DNA from: Mollicutes bacterium | GTDB taxonomy: Bacteria; Bacillota_I; Bacilli_A; RF39; UBA660 | Length of the DNA: 64,000 nucleotides | Assembly (NCBI GenBank): GCA_012799635.1 | Contig: JAAZKW010000034.1 | Coordinates: 9,930-73,929 of the forward strand | Reading direction: 5' to 3' | In this document: positions 62,052 to 64,000 of the stretch, piece by piece | Numbering within the stretch: position 1 is the first letter of the stretch | How the letters are laid out: every line of letters begins with the position of its first letter | Made by a program: the position numbers and the translations under genes | Notes under the pieces: generated by a model | Databases searched by the model: none | The model's input: only the letters and a program-made list of their open reading frames with translations | What the model was told of the DNA's origin: nothing

Positions 62052-62232
62052 TCCCTCTACCCCCTTAAAACACCATAAGTATAGCATATATTATTTATTT
62101 TGTCAAGTAAGTGTATAATGTTTTGTTAAACTTTGACTTTTAAAAATATTTATGTGTCTAATTTGTTTTAAAGACAATTTATGTCTGCATCTATAATGTC
62201 AATATAAATTATATTAAGTTAATTTATAAACA

Positions 62233-62267
62233 TTGCGATTTATCAATAATTTTAATATAATGTTGTT
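62233..62267 (+). promoter_or_regulatory. Sigma-A promoter, probably leaderless transcript
   Basis: TTGCGA (62233-38), 17 bp, TATAAT (62256-61), 6 nt, ATG 62268; no SD. Confidence 0.65.
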
Positions 62268-63419
62268 ATGAGTAAAATAATTAATATAAATTTGTTTTTA
62301 TCTACTAATACCGTTTGTGAAGAACCTAGAATTTTAAATGTTTTTATGATAATAGGTTTTATTATAAATGTTTTTAAAATATTAATACCAATATTTTTAA
62401 TACTTATTAGCACTATCTCTTTAGTAAAAGTATTATTTAATAAAGATGAAATAACGCTTAATACTTTTTCTGATTTATTAATTAAAATAACGATTGGTCT
62501 GTTAATCTTTTTTATTCCTTCTTTAATAAAAGCTTCTTTTGTATTTATTAATAATCAAACAAAAGCTAACTTAAAAAGTAACTGCATTAAATGTCTTGAA
62601 GCACCCAATGATTGCCAAACAATGGTTACAAGTTTAAAAAGTTTAGAAGAAACAAATCTTTTAAATAAAAAAGATTATATCGATATTATTAAAGAAAGCG
62701 CCAGGAAAAAACAGGAAGAAAAATTGCAGGAAGCTGGAGAAAGTGTTAATGAAATAACCACTTTACCAACTACTTCCGATGATCCTAATAATAGAGTTAC
62801 TACATATGGCGAGGCAGGTGATTTGCCTAATGGAACTGTTATTGGCCAAAAATATCATTTAACGACAGCCCAACTTAAATTCTTAGCTATGATTGCTCAA
62901 AAAGAACAAGGGTCACTAGAAGGAACAAAAGCTGAAGCATCTTTAATGGCTAACCTTTTTGAAAGAAAACCAGAAAAAAATAAAGCAAAATATGGTTCTG
63001 GGGGACAAGGATTATATAATTATGTATTAAATAGTGGCTGGTTTTCTAATACTAAAAAATACTTAAATAATTATGGTAAATTAAAGAAAAGATCAATTGA
63101 TGTAGTAAAAGATGTCTTAGTTGGAGGTAATAGAACCCTACCACCATATGTAACAAATCATGATTGTCGTAATTGTTATGGCATTTGTTTTAATGGTATT
63201 AAAGGTGATATTTGTAAATTAGTTTTAGAGGGGAAAAAATATGAAACTATCAAAGATATTATGAATGATAATTTATATAAAAAAGATAAAACATATATTT
63301 ATAGTAGATATGGAGATGGTAAATCAAGATGGATTTTTTATTCATTTCCAACCCCCAAAAGTGATCCTTTTGGATATTATATTGGAGATTATCGTCGCTA
63401 TAAAAATAGTCAAAATTAG
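62268..63419 (+). CDS. VirB2-like hairpin domain fused to SleB/Hydrolase_2-like cell-wall hydrolase domain
   Basis: N-terminus aligns with 51661-52149 (FKILIP, ITIGLLIFFIP, CIKCLEAPNDC); C-terminal LKFLAMIAQKEQGSLEGTKAEASLMAN. Confidence 0.65.
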   Translation: MSKIININLFLSTNTVCEEPRILNVFMIIGFIINVFKILIPIFLILISTISLVKVLFNKDEITLNTFSDLLIKITIGLLIFFIPSLIKASFVFINNQTKANLKSNCIKCLEAPNDCQTMVTSLKSLEETNLLNKKDYIDIIKESARKKQEEKLQEAGESVNEITTLPTTSDDPNNRVTTYGEAGDLPNGTVIGQKYHLTTAQLKFLAMIAQKEQGSLEGTKAEASLMANLFERKPEKNKAKYGSGGQGLYNYVLNSGWFSNTKKYLNNYGKLKKRSIDVVKDVLVGGNRTLPPYVTNHDCRNCYGICFNGIKGDICKLVLEGKKYETIKDIMNDNLYKKDKTYIYSRYGDGKSRWIFYSFPTPKSDPFGYYIGDYRRYKNSQN

Positions 63420-63427
63420 GAGTTTTT

Positions 63428-63982
63428 ATGAGAAAAATATTAATTATATTTACAATAATTATCATACTAGGAGTACTTTTATTATCCTTTGTTAATACTA
63501 ATGATAAAAAGATTATTGATAATTTAAAAACTAATAACTTTATTGCGATTGATAAAGATAATTATTATAAAAAAACTTTATCAAAAAGCACACTTGAAGT
63601 ATATAATAACAATGTTAAATCCAAAAAGGAAGATGATTATGAACAAATTACTTTTTCTTTAGAAAATTATACAGCTGAAAAACTACACTCTCATTATAAA
63701 GATGAAGTAGAAACTATTTATAATTCTAAATATAATTTTATTACTAATGAAATTACATATAAAATAAGATTTACTTATACAACTTTAAATGTGATTATAG
63801 TTGGAACATATAAGGATGATAAAAGAAATACTTGTAATATTGATTTTTCATATGATGCTAAAAAAGAAGTTCTAGAAGATGAACTATGTAATAAAGCTAA
63901 AGAATATAATAAAAAGTTTATTTCACAAATTAACTTGATATTTACTAATAATGATAAAAATATAATTAAGAAAGCTATATAA
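63428..63982 (+). CDS. Hypothetical secreted or membrane-anchored protein
   Basis: AGGAG RBS, N-terminal hydrophobic segment, Cys pair; 8 nt after the previous gene. Confidence 0.75.
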   Translation: MRKILIIFTIIIILGVLLLSFVNTNDKKIIDNLKTNNFIAIDKDNYYKKTLSKSTLEVYNNNVKSKKEDDYEQITFSLENYTAEKLHSHYKDEVETIYNSKYNFITNEITYKIRFTYTTLNVIIVGTYKDDKRNTCNIDFSYDAKKEVLEDELCNKAKEYNKKFISQINLIFTNNDKNIIKKAI

Positions 63983-64000
63983 TTCTTTTAGTTTTTCATA

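Noticed and set aside
992..63495. Many short ORFs overlapping real genes (e.g. 992-1495, 2228-2446, 8950-9228, 14434-14745, 23828-24109, 30241-30549, 57615-57878, 63265-63495)
   Set aside because: Antisense or alternate-frame shadows of well-supported genes, with no RBS or recognisable motifs
1..64000. CRISPR array, IS element, prophage or rRNA
   Set aside because: Intergenic gaps are short, and I found no spaced repeats, transposase, integrase, phage structural genes or rRNA-like sequence
1..64000. Mycoplasma-type genetic code 4 (TGA=Trp)
   Set aside because: Core genes are full length under code 11, use TGG for Trp, and TGA serves as stop (e.g. 53204-53206, 54564-54566)

Overview
Very AT-rich, gene-dense bacterial chromosome segment, mostly minus strand, standard genetic code. 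The gene content (ppdK, pduL, addAB, prkC/prpC, sepF/divIVA, lexA...tkt-yneF, T-box ileS, tmcAL) points to a reduced-genome member of the Bacilli, RF39-like; this taxonomy is inference. I found no CRISPR array, integrase, transposase or prophage. Besides housekeeping genes, the window is rich in surface and contact machinery. (1) A minimal Tad operon ends in a PBP/beta-lactamase-fold serine hydrolase. (2) Two class III-signal type IV pilins are scattered elsewhere. (3) Two VirB2/TrbC-like hairpin proteins share a CxxCLxxPxxC motif, and one is fused to a SleB-like peptidoglycan-hydrolase domain. (4) An adhesin-like cluster sits in the yneA/sosA slot opposite lexA. (5) Two surface-protein genes are each split by a single homopolymer frameshift. 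(6) Three stand-alone orphan cytoplasmic proteins have effector-like features, one with a possible ADP-ribosyltransferase fold. Core-enzyme oddities include an IleRS2 with GLHH/KMHKS signatures, a transketolase lacking two conserved active-site histidines, and several apparently leaderless transcripts. The best candidate for an undescribed system is a dispersed pilin, cell-wall hydrolase and effector toolkit for contact-dependent interaction with other cells. That is a hypothesis, not shown. All family calls come from motif recognition by eye, not database searches.
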